DNA of 64,000 nt from NCBI GenBank assembly GCA_951406725.2, contig OX597820.1, positions 21,948,001-22,012,000 of the forward strand, given 5' to 3'. The notes beneath the pieces were generated by a model, which ran no database searches, had not been told where the DNA came from, and saw only the letters and a program-made list of their open reading frames with translations. This DNA comes from Octopus vulgaris. Its lineage: Eukaryota. Positions within the stretch are counted from its first letter, which is position 1, and each line of letters begins with the position of its first letter. Of the stretch, positions 38,807 to 51,614 are shown piece after piece. The translations under genes were made by a program, and so were the position numbers.

Positions 38807-39980
38807 AGAAACTAACGCACGCACACACGCACACGTACCAATGTGCATGCATTGCCCTACTTTTATTCTTTCTCATACACACCTTTCCAAATTCTTCCAC
38901 CTTCATTTAAACCACCACTTCTCACTTCCCTCTTAGAATCCCCACCCTCCCCACATTTTCTACCATTGTATTCGTCCTAGCAAAAAATACTTAACACTAT
39001 CTCACTCCTCTGAAAACTAACCACTCTTCCTCTACACACTCCCTATTCACATCCCTCTATTCAATTTCATACACCTCGCCAAATCATAACACTCCCCTCC
39101 AAAACCAACGCAATTCCTTTGCCCCAATAACAACTGTTATACTGACCGCCTATTCACCCATACTCTGTCCCCTTCCATCTTCTATCATGCCTCTCTACAT
39201 ACCTTACTAATTTCCCTCAGCCACTGAACCAGTCAACTTATTTCCCTCAAATAATGACCATTCCCATTTTCACTATCTCAACCTTTCACCCCATAGCCTT
39301 CATACAAACCAATGCAAAGTTTACCATTCTCATACTACCAACACCACCCTTCCCTCTTTCTCCCACCTTCCACCTCTACTATTATAACTCCCTTAAAGAC
39401 TCATTATAAACCCCTAATCTTGAAATTTATTTTCTCCTTGCACTACTCTCTATCTAAATACCTCCCAGCTATTCCTTCTAATACACTTAATTCTTCACAA
39501 AATCATTCCATCCCTAATCTCCTTTCTGTCAACACCTCAAATCTAAGACTTCTTCCCTGAAGACGGAGGTTGGTAGTATCCGACTTTGGAATCAATTTAC
39601 AATCATCATTTTGGATCACCAAGCCCCCAGAAACAGCTGTTGCACTCGTAAGACTCTTATTCAACCCTTTTAATTCCTGATATCACTTCTTTTTTGTATA
39701 AGACGTACTTTTTAATATGTAAACATATATACCTTTTTTGTAATAAACGTATTTAATATTTTTTGTATATCGACTTGTCTAAATTGCTTGTCCTTACTTT
39801 TACTCATATATACATACATACACACACACACACATACAGAGAGAGAGAGAGAGAAAAATATAGTCTGTCCTCTAGAGACCTAGCAAGATCATCACTGACC
39901 CTTAAGAACCTTGAGCACTCAGAGAGAATCACACTTCACACTTATAGCTCCTTGAAAATTAGAGAAGGAGTATAACTATG

Positions 39981-40142
39981 CAGAGCCGTCTTAACGGCTT
40001 TACAGGCCCCTAGACAAATCAATGCGCTGGGCCCTATAATGTATATCTATTAGCAGCAATCCACAACATACATAATTGAAATTTGGGCCCCGAGAAGCCT
40101 CTGGGCAAATTCCAAGTGTTCCCACACCTTAAAGTGCCACTT
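39981..40142. mobile_element. hAT (Tip100-like) MITE
   Basis: Left end CAGAGCCGTCTTAA, GGCCCC subterminal motifs, exact 8-bp TSD TAACTATG at 39973-39980 and 40143-40150. Confidence 0.7.
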
Positions 40143-40494
40143 TAACTATGGACAGCTGCTCCGAAACTTCCAGCTTCTATATTCAGATTATAAAGTCACA
40201 TAATAATTGGCGCACTTGGTTTTGTAAGTAAATGCCTAAGTGATAATCTGGATATTCTAACCTTTTCAGAAAAAGAAACCAACCAACTTACTTGCACACT
40301 ACAAATAGAATCTGTAAGAGGAACAGTATGAATATGCAAGACTTTTCTCAAGTTGAAAAATGTGGCTTTATTTTTGTTATCTACATTCCAACGATGAAGC
40401 TTCGTATCTTTGTTAGAAACCTGCTCATTTTTCAGAGGGATGATTCAAATAATAAAACAGTAGAGAACACACATACATACATATGCATACGTGT

Positions 40495-40546
<52 letters not shown>

Positions 40547-40858
40547 AATAATTAAGATTCAGTTGAATTAGGTACTTAAGTTAGGGCACCATGTCTGTCC
40601 AGTATTGCCCGCACAGCTCGAAGTTAGGTGAATAAAAAGCAAATAGGTAACAAAGATGTTTAGGTTTCGTGCATTACGGCCGTTTCAATGATCGATTAAG
40701 TGTAGCCGCTTGAAACGGCCGTAATCCACTAATATCTGGACATCCTTGTTACTTATTTGCTTTCTTCCTTTCCTTTCCTGAGTGTTTAATAATATTATAC
40801 TTGTTCTACGTCCTCGCGTTGTTGTTTTCTCTTTGTGTTTTCATATATATATATATGA

Positions 40859-40930
<72 letters not shown>

Positions 40931-41371
40931 AGGAAAAGGAAGAGATTATAAATAAATTTAATGACATTTCCTCAATAATAGTTCTTGCAGGTACTTAAAT
41001 CTTAAATAAGTCTTAAACATTTGATAGTTTGACTCACAAAGTTGAACATTTTATTGCTAGCATTGTTATCGTAATTGAAACCACGAAACTTTTTTTTGCT
41101 TCCATATCTTCATTCATTGTTGCTCGACACCCGCTGATTTTAAGGGTGTTTAGTATCATAGAATATGGGAAGTAGAAATTGGGTGGCCAGATCACTGTAC
41201 CTACCTACATCTATCGGCTTATGAGTCTATCTATCTATCTGTCCTGTCCATCTGTCCTGTCCATCTGTCCTGTCCATCTGTCTGTCTGTCTGTCTGCCTC
41301 TCTGACTACCTACTTACATATTTGTCTATCAATTTATCTATCTACATTTGTCTTTGTCTTTGTCTTTGTCT

Positions 41372-41582
41372 TTTCCAGTTTCAGCTCTTGAGCTGTGGCC
41401 ATGCTGGGGCACCGCCATTGTGGTGAAAGAGTACAGCAGGGATCACCACCCCCTGCCGGAGCCTCGTAGAGCTTTTAGGTGTTTTCGCTCAATAAACACA
41501 CACAACGCCCGGTCTGAGAATCGAAACCGCGATCCTGCGACCGCGAGTCCGCTGCCCTAACCACTAGGCCATTGCGCCTCTA
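41372..41582 (-). mobile_element. SINE C head with A-type tail
   Basis: Family C head followed by GGCGGTGCCCCAGCATGGCCACAG. Confidence 0.7.
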
Positions 41583-41728
41583 CATATTTATTTTTCTATA
41601 AATCTATCGACCTATCTCTGTATTTATTTTTCTATTATGTCTATTTATCAATCAATTACTCATTCAATCAATCCATCTCCCTCCCTCCCTACCTACCTGT
41701 CTACCTACCCACCTACATACCTACCTAC

Positions 41729-41788
<60 letters not shown>

Positions 41789-41898
41789 TTATTTATTTAT
41801 CTGTTTGTCTGTCAGTCCATTTAGCTATCTATCTGTCTGTCTGATTGTCTGTCTGTCCGTCTATCTATTTATCTGTCTGTCTGTTTGTTTGTGTGTCC

Positions 41899-41962
<64 letters not shown>

Positions 41963-42164
41963 GTCTGTTTGTCTGTCTGTCTGTCCGTCTATCTAGCTAT
42001 ATATCTATCTATTTATTTATCGATCTATTTACCTAGCTATCTAGCTATTGATCTTTTTATCTTCCTATCTATTACTCTATCTCTTTATCTATCAATCTAT
42101 CACTCCATCTAGCCTTCTGCCGACCCATCTAGCTATCTAGCTGTCTATGTACCCATCAATTTAT

Positions 42165-43563
42165 CGCACCCACTAGGGTGGCCACTCTCACCCAAACATG
42201 GGCCGAGAGGAAGCTATCCCTAAAAGGTCGGGCGGAGGTGGCGAACGTGTACATCGCATCCGTCATCGAGTACCGTCTGATCGTCGTGCCTTGTCCCGAC
42301 CCTACCATCACCAAACTAGAACGCATACTCTTCGGCTTCTTGTGGAAGGGAAGCGTTCCGATGGTTAGGATATCCATTTGCTGTCAACACCCGCTAAATG
42401 GAGGGCTAGGTATGCCGCGGTTGATGATGCGCAGATATGCGCTGAGACTGCGACATCTCCGGCGCTTCATAGACGACGGTAAACAGGTGTGGTCACCGTT
42501 TGTGCGGCACGCTTTCCCGCAGCTCGTCTCCTTGGCCGAACTGCAGTCGTGGATCAAACAGAGACCGAGGCTAGGCGAATGGCACCGCGAGTGTCGCGTT
42601 GCTCTCAAGCAACTCTGCCATCTGGAATCAAACTTGTGCGATTTCATTACAACAAAGGCGTTCTATAGAGGAGGGCAGGTGCGACGACGTTCTCGGGCAT
42701 AATCTGGGCGCCTGACCCACCTGTTCAGGACAACGTTCGGGCCGGGACCTTTGGACAATAACCAGAGATCTCTAGCCTGGCAGTGCTATCGGGAAGCATT
42801 ACTTGTTCGGGATAAGTTCTACAGGCACGGTTCGAGACACACCGGACCGACTTTCCCGAGATGCGGTCAGAGCGACGAAAACGTTCTACACGCACTCGTG
42901 CAGTGTCCATCCATTTCGGATCTGTGGGTTTATGCCGAACGGCTGCTGTCACGTGTGGGACGATTCCGCCTGTCGGCCGAGTCTATCGTGAAGATTGCTC
43001 CGCTACTTTCCCTGAACCGGGAAGGCAAAGCAATCTTCATCGTACTGGTGGCCATGGCGAAAGAATGTGCGTGGTGGACTCGAGCGAAAGGATTAGAGAC
43101 AAACACGTACCTCTCTGGCCAATCGCTCATCAACTTTTTCAAGTACTACTTGAGAAGGAAGGTCAGAATGGAGAGGGCAGTTTTTGTCACGTGAAAGTTT
43201 CAAAAAAAGGTGGGTGAATGTAGCAAAGATGGAGCGACGAAACCACTTTGAGCATGATCCTGTAAATCGAAAAGAGAGAGCACTTTGCTCTCATGTGTTT
43301 ATTTCCTCCCTGCCTGAGGTTACCGTGGTCTTTTCCGTAGGCTTTTCCTTCCAGGGATAAACCTAATCTTGCTTCTTAGATTTAAAAAATTTCTTCTTTG
43401 ATACACAATCCCTTTTATCACCGTTCTTTTTCCCCGACCCTTTTGATCGGAATTTTATTTTTTTCTGTTTTTTCCCCCTTTTTCTTTTACATTTTCGAAA
43501 AGAAAAGCTTTACATTTGTATTTGTCTCCTCTGTGTTCAGCCCTGTGTGGCCAATAAAGAAAG

Positions 43564-43566
<3 letters not shown>
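42165..43566 (+). mobile_element. L1/Tx1-like LINE, 5'-truncated and decayed
   Basis: WAERKLSLKGRAEVAN, GGLGMP, degenerate zinc-finger (F)PRCGQSDENVLHALVQC; 3' UTR ending AATAAAGAAAGTT(ATCT)n; flanked by ATCT-type repeats. Confidence 0.85.
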
Positions 43567-43647
<81 letters not shown>

Positions 43648-43683
43648 TTATCTATCTATCTATTTATTTATTTGTTTGTTTGT

Positions 43684-43718
<35 letters not shown>

Positions 43719-44106
43719 TTTGTGCATCCAGCTAACTATCTGTCTGTCTATCTATCACACGAGTATCGAATTATAATCCTATTCAAAGACAAACGTATAA
43801 TAGAGGTATTGTATGAATACAGTACATCTCATACAACTTATATTAATTGTACATTTACAGTACTTGCAAAAGATACAATTCCTTGTGGTTAACCTACTTT
43901 AAACCGGTCATATCTGGCCTAGATATTCTATTTATTTTACGTTCGAACTAACTAAACCTGGCCTATCTCACCTACCCTATAATGTCATTCTGCAAAAATA
44001 CAATTACATCATCGTAATATTGAAGCTTGGGTAAGAAAAAATTAAGACCATATCTGTTTCAACACAGGATTTCACATCAGGAAGCTTACAAGGCAAATAC
44101 ATAAAA

Positions 44107-44183
<77 letters not shown>

Positions 44184-44611
44184 TAAATGTAAGGACACGC
44201 AAATTGGACTAGTCGACAAAATATGTACATATTCTTTTGTTTGTTTCAGTCATTTGACTGCGGCCATGCTGGAGCACCACCATTAGTCGAGCAAATCGAC
44301 CCCAGCACTTATTCTTTGTAAGCCTAGTACTTATTCTATCGGCGTATTTTGCCGAACCGCTAAGTTACGGGACGTAAACACACCAGCATCGGTTGTCAAG
44401 CGATGTTGGGGGGACAACAGTTTCCGTCTACACACACACACACACACACACATTCACATACCTCCATTTTACATACACATACATACACTCACACATAGTT
44501 GAAACGCTCCCACTATCACTTTGCCATCATCCCTTCCTCCCTTATTCATCTATCACCCCTTCCTTCCTCATTCATATGTTGTGACGGAGAAAAACAAGAG
44601 TATTATTATAG

Positions 44612-44914
44612 TGTGGAGGCACATAGCCTAGTGGTTAGAGCAACGGACTCGCGGTCGAGGGATCGCAGGGTTCGAATCTCAGACCGGGCGATGTGTGTGT
44701 TTATGAGCGAAACACCTAAGCTCCACGCGGCTCCGGCAGAAGGTAATGGCGAACCTGTGCTGACTCTTTCGCCACAACTTTTTTCTCATTCTTTCCTCCT
44801 GCATCTAGCAGCTCACCTACGACGGTCCGGCATCCCGTCCAGGTGGGGGAACCTATACCGCAAGGAAACCGGGAAACCGGTCCTTATGAGCCAGGCATGG
44901 CTCGAGAAGGAACA
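44612..44914 (+). mobile_element. SINE with C-type head and D/V-type 3' half
   Basis: GGACTCGCGGTCGAGGGATCG head; GGCATCCCGTCCAG...GAAACCGGGAAACCGG...ATGAGCC tail. Confidence 0.7.
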
Positions 44915-45231
44915 TTATTATAGTAGAAGATAATTTAATAAATTCTCTAGTTAATTAGCGAAGGACATAAGCTACGAAAAAAAAACTGCAAGAGAAAATT
45001 GCTGCTGTTATTGTATTTGTTTTTAGTCAGTAAATCTATAATCAGAAATGCTTTAACTGTGAACATCCTGTCTATTATTCAATGTAATCGTTTTATACTT
45101 TCTTTTATAAAGAAAACTTAGTTGTTAGATCCGGGAGGGATAGCTGCGAATATTCAATACACCGAGCTACAACAATCCTGTCTAATTTCCCGAAATACTA
45201 TTACCAAGGACTACATTATCATGCTCCCTGT

Positions 45232-45858
45232 GGCGGCGAGCTGGCAGAAACGTTAGCACGTCGGGCAAAATGCTTAGCGGTATTTCGTCTGCCGTTACGT
45301 TCTGCGTTCAAATTCCGCCGAGGTCGACTAAGCCTTTCATCCTTTCGGGGTCGATAAATTAAGTACCAGTTACGCACTGGGGTCGATGTAATCGACTTAA
45401 TATCTATGTCTGTCCTTGTTTGTCCCCTCTGGGTTTAGCCCCTTGTGGGTAATAAAGAAATAGGTATTTCGTTTGCCGTTACGTTCTGAGTTCAAATTCC
45501 GCCGAGGTCGACTAAGCCTTTCATCCTTTCGGGGTCGATAAATTAAGTACCAGTTGCGCACTGGGGTCGATGTAATCGACTTAATACCTATGTCTGTCCT
45601 TGTTTGTCCCCTCTGGGTTTAGCCCCTTGTGGGTAATAAAGAAATAGGTATTTCGTTTGCCGTTACGTTCTGAGTTCAAATTCCGCCGAGGTCGACTAAG
45701 CCTTTCATCCTTTCGGGGTCGATAAATTAAGTACTAGTTGCGCACTGGGGTCGATGTAATCGACTTGATCAGTTTGTCTGTCCTTGTTTGTCCTCTCTGT
45801 GTTAAGCCCCTTGTGGGTAGTAAAGAAATAGGTATTTCGTCTGTCTTTACGTTCTGAG
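45232..45858 (+). mobile_element. SINE B tandem array, 184-bp period
   Basis: Units restart at GGTATTTCG at 45279, 45463, 45647 and 45831. Confidence 0.9.
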
Positions 45859-46185
45859 TATTGGTGTGTTTGAGTTTCTGTAACTGAGCAGTTCAGCAAA
45901 AATTCCCGATAGAATAAGTACTTGGCTTACAAAGAATAAGTCCTAGGGTCGATTTGCTCGACTAAAATCCCTTAAATTGGTGTTCTGGCATGGCCGCACT
46001 CACATGACTGAAACAAATAAAAGGTAAAACAAACAAACAAACAAACAAACATACATACATACAGTGGAAGATTTATAATAATAGAAGAATCATAGACACA
46101 CACAGAGACACACACGCGTGTGTGTGAATGTATTTTTTTTATACAGCGCCGAGTTTACAATCCGGTAAATAATAATAATAATAGT

Positions 46186-46452
46186 ATTTTTATTTATGCG
46201 GGAAGCTTATGACGTCACCGTGCAATGACTAAAGAAAATAGTCTAATAAGCCCTCGACAGAAAAAAGAAATCTTTCCCATCCGCGTGGGAGTCGAACCCA
46301 CACCCTTTTGTTTACCCAACTATGTGTGTTCGACTTCCACGCGGATAGGAAAGTTTTCATTTTTCTGTCGAGGACTTATATGCCCTTTTATTCGACTATT
46401 TTCCTAAGTCGTTGCGCGGTGATCGCCGTAAGCTTTAAGCTTATATAAAAAT
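46186..46452. repeat. Imperfect ~265-bp palindrome containing tRNA B-box-like halves
   Basis: TCCCATCCGCGTGGGAGTCGAAC / GTTCGACTTCCACGCGGATAGGA plus further paired arms. Confidence 0.8.
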
Positions 46453-46457
46453 CCCAT

Positions 46458-47253
<796 letters not shown>

Positions 47254-47458
47254 GGCCGAGTGGTTAGGGCAGCGGACTTGCGGTCGGAGGATCGCGGTTT
47301 CGATTCCCAGACCGGGCGTTGTGTGTGTTTATTGAGCGAAAACACCTAAAAGCTCCACGAGGCTCCGGCAGGGGATGGTGGTGATCCCTGCTGTACTCTT
47401 TCACCACTCTAAAAGGCGGTGCTCCAGCATGGCCGCAGTCAAATGACTGAAACAAGTA

Positions 47459-47498
<40 letters not shown>

Positions 47499-47559
47499 TA
47501 TATACATATATATATACAGTAGATATGCAGTAAGTAAATAGACACCTTTAATTTTCGAA

Positions 47560-47815
47560 ATCTTTTATTTGATATTAATTGGTTGAAGGAGAGGTTTTCT
47601 TCTAGCTGCTTGTCCATGATACCCAAGCTTATGCAGATATGCAACACACGTTCTGGCACTAACTTTTAGCAGTTTTGCAATGTCAGAAGCCTTCGAACGG
47701 GGTTCGTTTTCCACAATTTTCTTCAAACAGCGAAGCTTCTTTTCCAAGGGCTCAGGTCGGCGGGGACGAGCATCTGTTGATTCTTTTCCTTGGCTTCTGA
47801 ATTGCACTATAATTG
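47560..47815 (-). pseudogene. Tc1-family transposase fragment (DNA-binding region)
   Basis: KIVENEPRSKASDIAKLLKVSARTCVAYLHKLGYHGQAARRKPLLQPINIK, typical Tc1 HTH plus RKPLL. Confidence 0.75.
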
Positions 47816-47823
47816 CACACGCG

Positions 47824-47895
<72 letters not shown>

Positions 47896-48349
47896 GTATC
47901 CTGTGTGTGTACCTGTATCCTGACATTTATCAGCTGTAGTAATATAAACGGCGGCAAGAATGCGGAGGTGTTGACAAGGCCAGGCTTAGATGGAGCCGTC
48001 GTGGCGCCAGCACTAGGATATTTGCTCTGCCAGTGTAATCCATGAGTTAAGGCCAGCATTGGTATTTATGTGTAAACTTGGCTACAAATTAAGTGGGAGT
48101 AAAAGTACATGGCCTCTAGATATTCGGGCATAAAGTGACATAAGAGGAGTGGATTACGAACTTACGACTCGTTGTATCGGTTTACTTACCTTCTGAGAAC
48201 TAAAGCGTTTTGATATATATATCATTTATATGTCAACTTCGCTCATTTTTTTTACCTCCGAGTGATATCTAATAGTACTCTACGTTTGTGGAAGTGTATG
48301 TGTGTCTGTGTCTTTATATAAAGACTTCTTTATATATATATATATATAT

Positions 48350-49024
48350 ATCAACAATCAAGGAACGGCCATAATAGGCCATCCACTAGAAATAACAGCC
48401 AAAGCTTCAACCGCAAATAAAATTAATTCCGTAAACCTGGTTTACGGAATTAATTTTTATTTGCGGTTGAAGCTTTGGCTGTTATTTCTAGTGGGTGAAT
48501 GGCCTATTATGGCCGTTCCTTGATTGTTGATGTTGAACTTAAAAATGGTCTATGACTATTTAATTTTTTCCCACTAGGCCGCTGGTGGCAAAAGAATTCT
48601 ACAAAATTTTTTTTTGCCACCCTATATTGATTAATTATGAATTTTCTGGTTAATTCCGTAATGGAATCGACGGCTTATATTTATTTGCTGCCGATAAATT
48701 TGGCGCGAGTGCGACGATTTGAAAATTTTAGGTCAGATATTAACTTGGCAACGTCGGAAATGCCTCGTGAAAATATCTGTTCCGACTTGGGCTATTTCTT
48801 ACTGAAGAATCTGAGGGCCTGTGGAAGATTGGCTTGATTTAATTTAATCAGGTTAGTTTACCATTAATCAGCAGATGAAACGGTATATCGTATAAGAAAT
48901 TACAGGGTAAATGTTTTTTAAATTTTCTCCTGGTTTACGGAATTAATTTTTATTTGCGGTTGAAGCTTTGGCTGTTATTTCTAGTGGGTGAATGGCCTAT
49001 TATGGCCGTTCCTTGATTGTTGAT
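48350..49024 (+). mobile_element. Hammerhead-containing non-coding retroelement (retrozyme / non-autonomous Penelope-like)
   Basis: Identical 96-bp direct repeats 48436-48531 and 48929-49024 (period 493), inverted copy 48350-48437, ~140-bp host duplication 48210-48350 / from 49020. Confidence 0.8.
48794..48900 (+). ncRNA. Type I hammerhead ribozyme
   Basis: Stem I ATTTCTTA/TAAGAAAT; core CTGAAGA; stem II ATCTG/CAGAT with extended hairpin; GAAA; stem III ACGG-TATA-TCGT; GTA cleavage triplet ending at 48892. Confidence 0.8.
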
Positions 49025-49135
49025 ATATATCATTTATATGTCAACTTCGCTCATTTTTTTTACCTCCGAGTGATATCTAATAGTACTCTACGTTTGTGGA
49101 AGTGTATGTGTGTCTGTGTCTTTATATAAAGACTT

Positions 49136-49186
<51 letters not shown>

Positions 49187-49193
<7 letters not shown>

Positions 49194-49477
49194 ATCACGC
49201 GACCGATCAGACCATCAGATGTTGTTACACATCGCTGGTCACAATGCGTTCGCATTGTTTTAGCCTTCGAATGACGCCACCCCGCTGGCTAAGCAAGCAG
49301 GCCAACAGAAGAAAGAGTGGGAGAAAGAGTACAGCAGGGATCACCACCCACTGCCGGAGCCTCGTGGAGCTTTTAGATGTTTTCGCTCAATAAACACTCA
49401 CAACGCCTGGTCTGGGAATCGAAACCGCGATCCTGCGACAGCGAGTCCGCTGCCCTAACCACTGGGCCATTGCGCCT

Positions 49478-49480
<3 letters not shown>
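49187..49480 (-). mobile_element. SINE C variant with RTE-like tail
   Basis: Family C head at 49480; tail ...TGTGACCAGCGATG...GGTCGCGTGATCACGTG then (TA)n. Confidence 0.75.
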
Positions 49481-49559
<79 letters not shown>

Positions 49560-49561
<2 letters not shown>

Positions 49562-50005
49562 TCTTTTACTCTTTTACTTGTTTCAGTCATTTGTATGCGG
49601 CCATGCTGGAGCAACGCCTTTAGTCGAGCAAATCGACCTCAGGATTTATTCTTTGTAAGCCTATTACTTATTCTATCGGTCTCTTATGCCGAATCGCTAA
49701 GTTACGTGGATGTAAACACACCAGCACACACACATATATATAGAAATACATATAACAAACATACAAACACACACACACACACATATATATAGAAATACAT
49801 ATATATATATAAATACACACACATATATATATATATACATACGACGGGCTTCTTTCAGTATCCGCCAATCAAATCCACTCACAAGGCTTTGGTCGGCCCG
49901 AGGCTAGAGTAGAAGACACTTGCTCAAGGTGCCATGCAGTGGGACTGAACCCGAAACCATGTGGTTGGTAAGCAAGCTACTTACCACACATCCACTCCTG
50001 CGCCA
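49560..50005 (-). mobile_element. SINE family A, full length
   Basis: Complete head, body, microsatellite and tail. Confidence 0.85.
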
Positions 50006-50081
50006 ACAACTTGAGAAACACTGATTTAACCTAAATCTATCTTTATTTCTTCTCTTCTGGTGTCTCAAATTTAGGTTAAAT

Positions 50082-51377
50082 CAGTGTTTCTCAAAGGGGA
50101 GGCCTACGGGACGGTCGGACTGGTTGCTTTGAGAAAATTTGGTTTAAAAATTTGACAACTCAGCACCGTCCATTGGACGGAGGGCGTTTTGCTCATATAT
50201 GTATGTGTGTGTGTGTGTGTGTGTGTTGTGTATCTGTGTTTGTCCCCCCAACATCGCTTGACAACCGATGCTGGTGTGTTTACGTCCCCGGTAACTTAGC
50301 GGTTCGGCAAAAGAGCCCGATAGAATATAAGTACTTGTCTTACAAAGAATAAGTCCTGGGGTCGATTTGATTCGTCTAAAGGCGGTGCTCCAGCATGGCC
50401 GCAGTCAAATTACTGAAACAAATAAAAGAAAAGAAAAGAAAGAAAAATGTCGTTTGATCTGATGAAGAAAATTTAGCTAGATCTCATGTCATTAACTTGT
50501 AATGTATAAAATACGTTCTGAGTTCAAATTCCGCCGAGGTCGACTTTGCCTTTCATCATTTCGGGGTCAATTAAATAAGTACCAGTTAAGCACTGGGGTG
50601 ATGTAATCGACTTAATCCCCTTGTCTGTCCTTGTTTGTCCCCTCTATGTTTAGCCCCCTGTGGGTAATAAAGAAATAAATGTATAAAGTAAATTTTCAAA
50701 TCTTGTCTTTATTAATTTTTGGATCATTTCACTGTTAAAAGTTTATACAATCCATTTTTAGAGTAAAATTTACAAATTATCATCCATATTTTTTACTACT
50801 CTAGACACAAGGCTCGAAATTTTGGGGAGGTGTCCAGTCGATTAGATTTACTCCAGTACGCAACTGGTGCTTAATTTATCAGCTCCGAAAGGATGAAAAA
50901 CAAAGTCGACTTCGGCGGAATTTGAACTCTGAACGTAACAATAGATAAAATACCTATTTCTTTAATACCCACAAGAGGCTAAACAAGGACAGGAAAACAG
51001 ATTAAGTCGATTATATCTGTTTCTTTATTGTCCACAAGGGGCTAAACATAGAGGGGACAAACAAGGACAGACAAACGGATTAAGTTGATTACATCGACCC
51101 CAGTGCGTAACTGGTGCTTAATTTATCGACCCCGAAAGGATGAAAGGCAAATTCAACGGCGGCGGAATTTGAACTCAGAACGTAACAGCAGACGAAATAC
51201 TGCTAAGCATTTCGTCCGGCGTGCTAACGTTTCTGCCAGCTCGCCGCCTAATAAATTAACTTCCATATTAAGTTAGTTTAGTCGTGATACCTCACTTGCC
51301 ACTCAGGTGGGGCCATCTGAGTAAAACAGGAATCAAAGGGGTCCATAGGTGAAAAAAAAATTGGTTGAGAAACACTA
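50082..51377. mobile_element. hAT non-autonomous element invaded by SINEs A and B
   Basis: TIRs CAGTGTTTCTCAA / TTGAGAAACACTA; subterminal GGGGTCCA motif; TSD GGTTAAAT vs GATTAAAC (6/8). Confidence 0.6.
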
Positions 51378-51614
51378 GATTAAACTCTTGAAGACAGTGT
51401 CTCAGCATTACTGCAATCCAACGATTGAAACAAGAGATAACCAAAGATATTCTTTTCTGCATTTTATCTACCACAGCTTCTCTCAGATAGCAGCACTCTT
51501 CCCTTATTCACTGGTCATTTTTGACTCGTCTGTGTGGATATTTCGTGCAGCCATTTTGCTGATCAAGGGGATATTTCGCGCATTGATGTTGTTGGTATAT
51601 CATTTTCCCCCATA

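Noticed and set aside
45279-45858. Regular repeats resembling a CRISPR array
   Set aside because: Contiguous 184-bp SINE units with no unique spacers, in eukaryotic DNA
51290-51345. Apparent 21-nt micro-exon ATGGCCCCACCTGAGTGGCAA (minus)
   Set aside because: Lies in the subterminal region of a hAT element, so the splice-like signals are probably fortuitous
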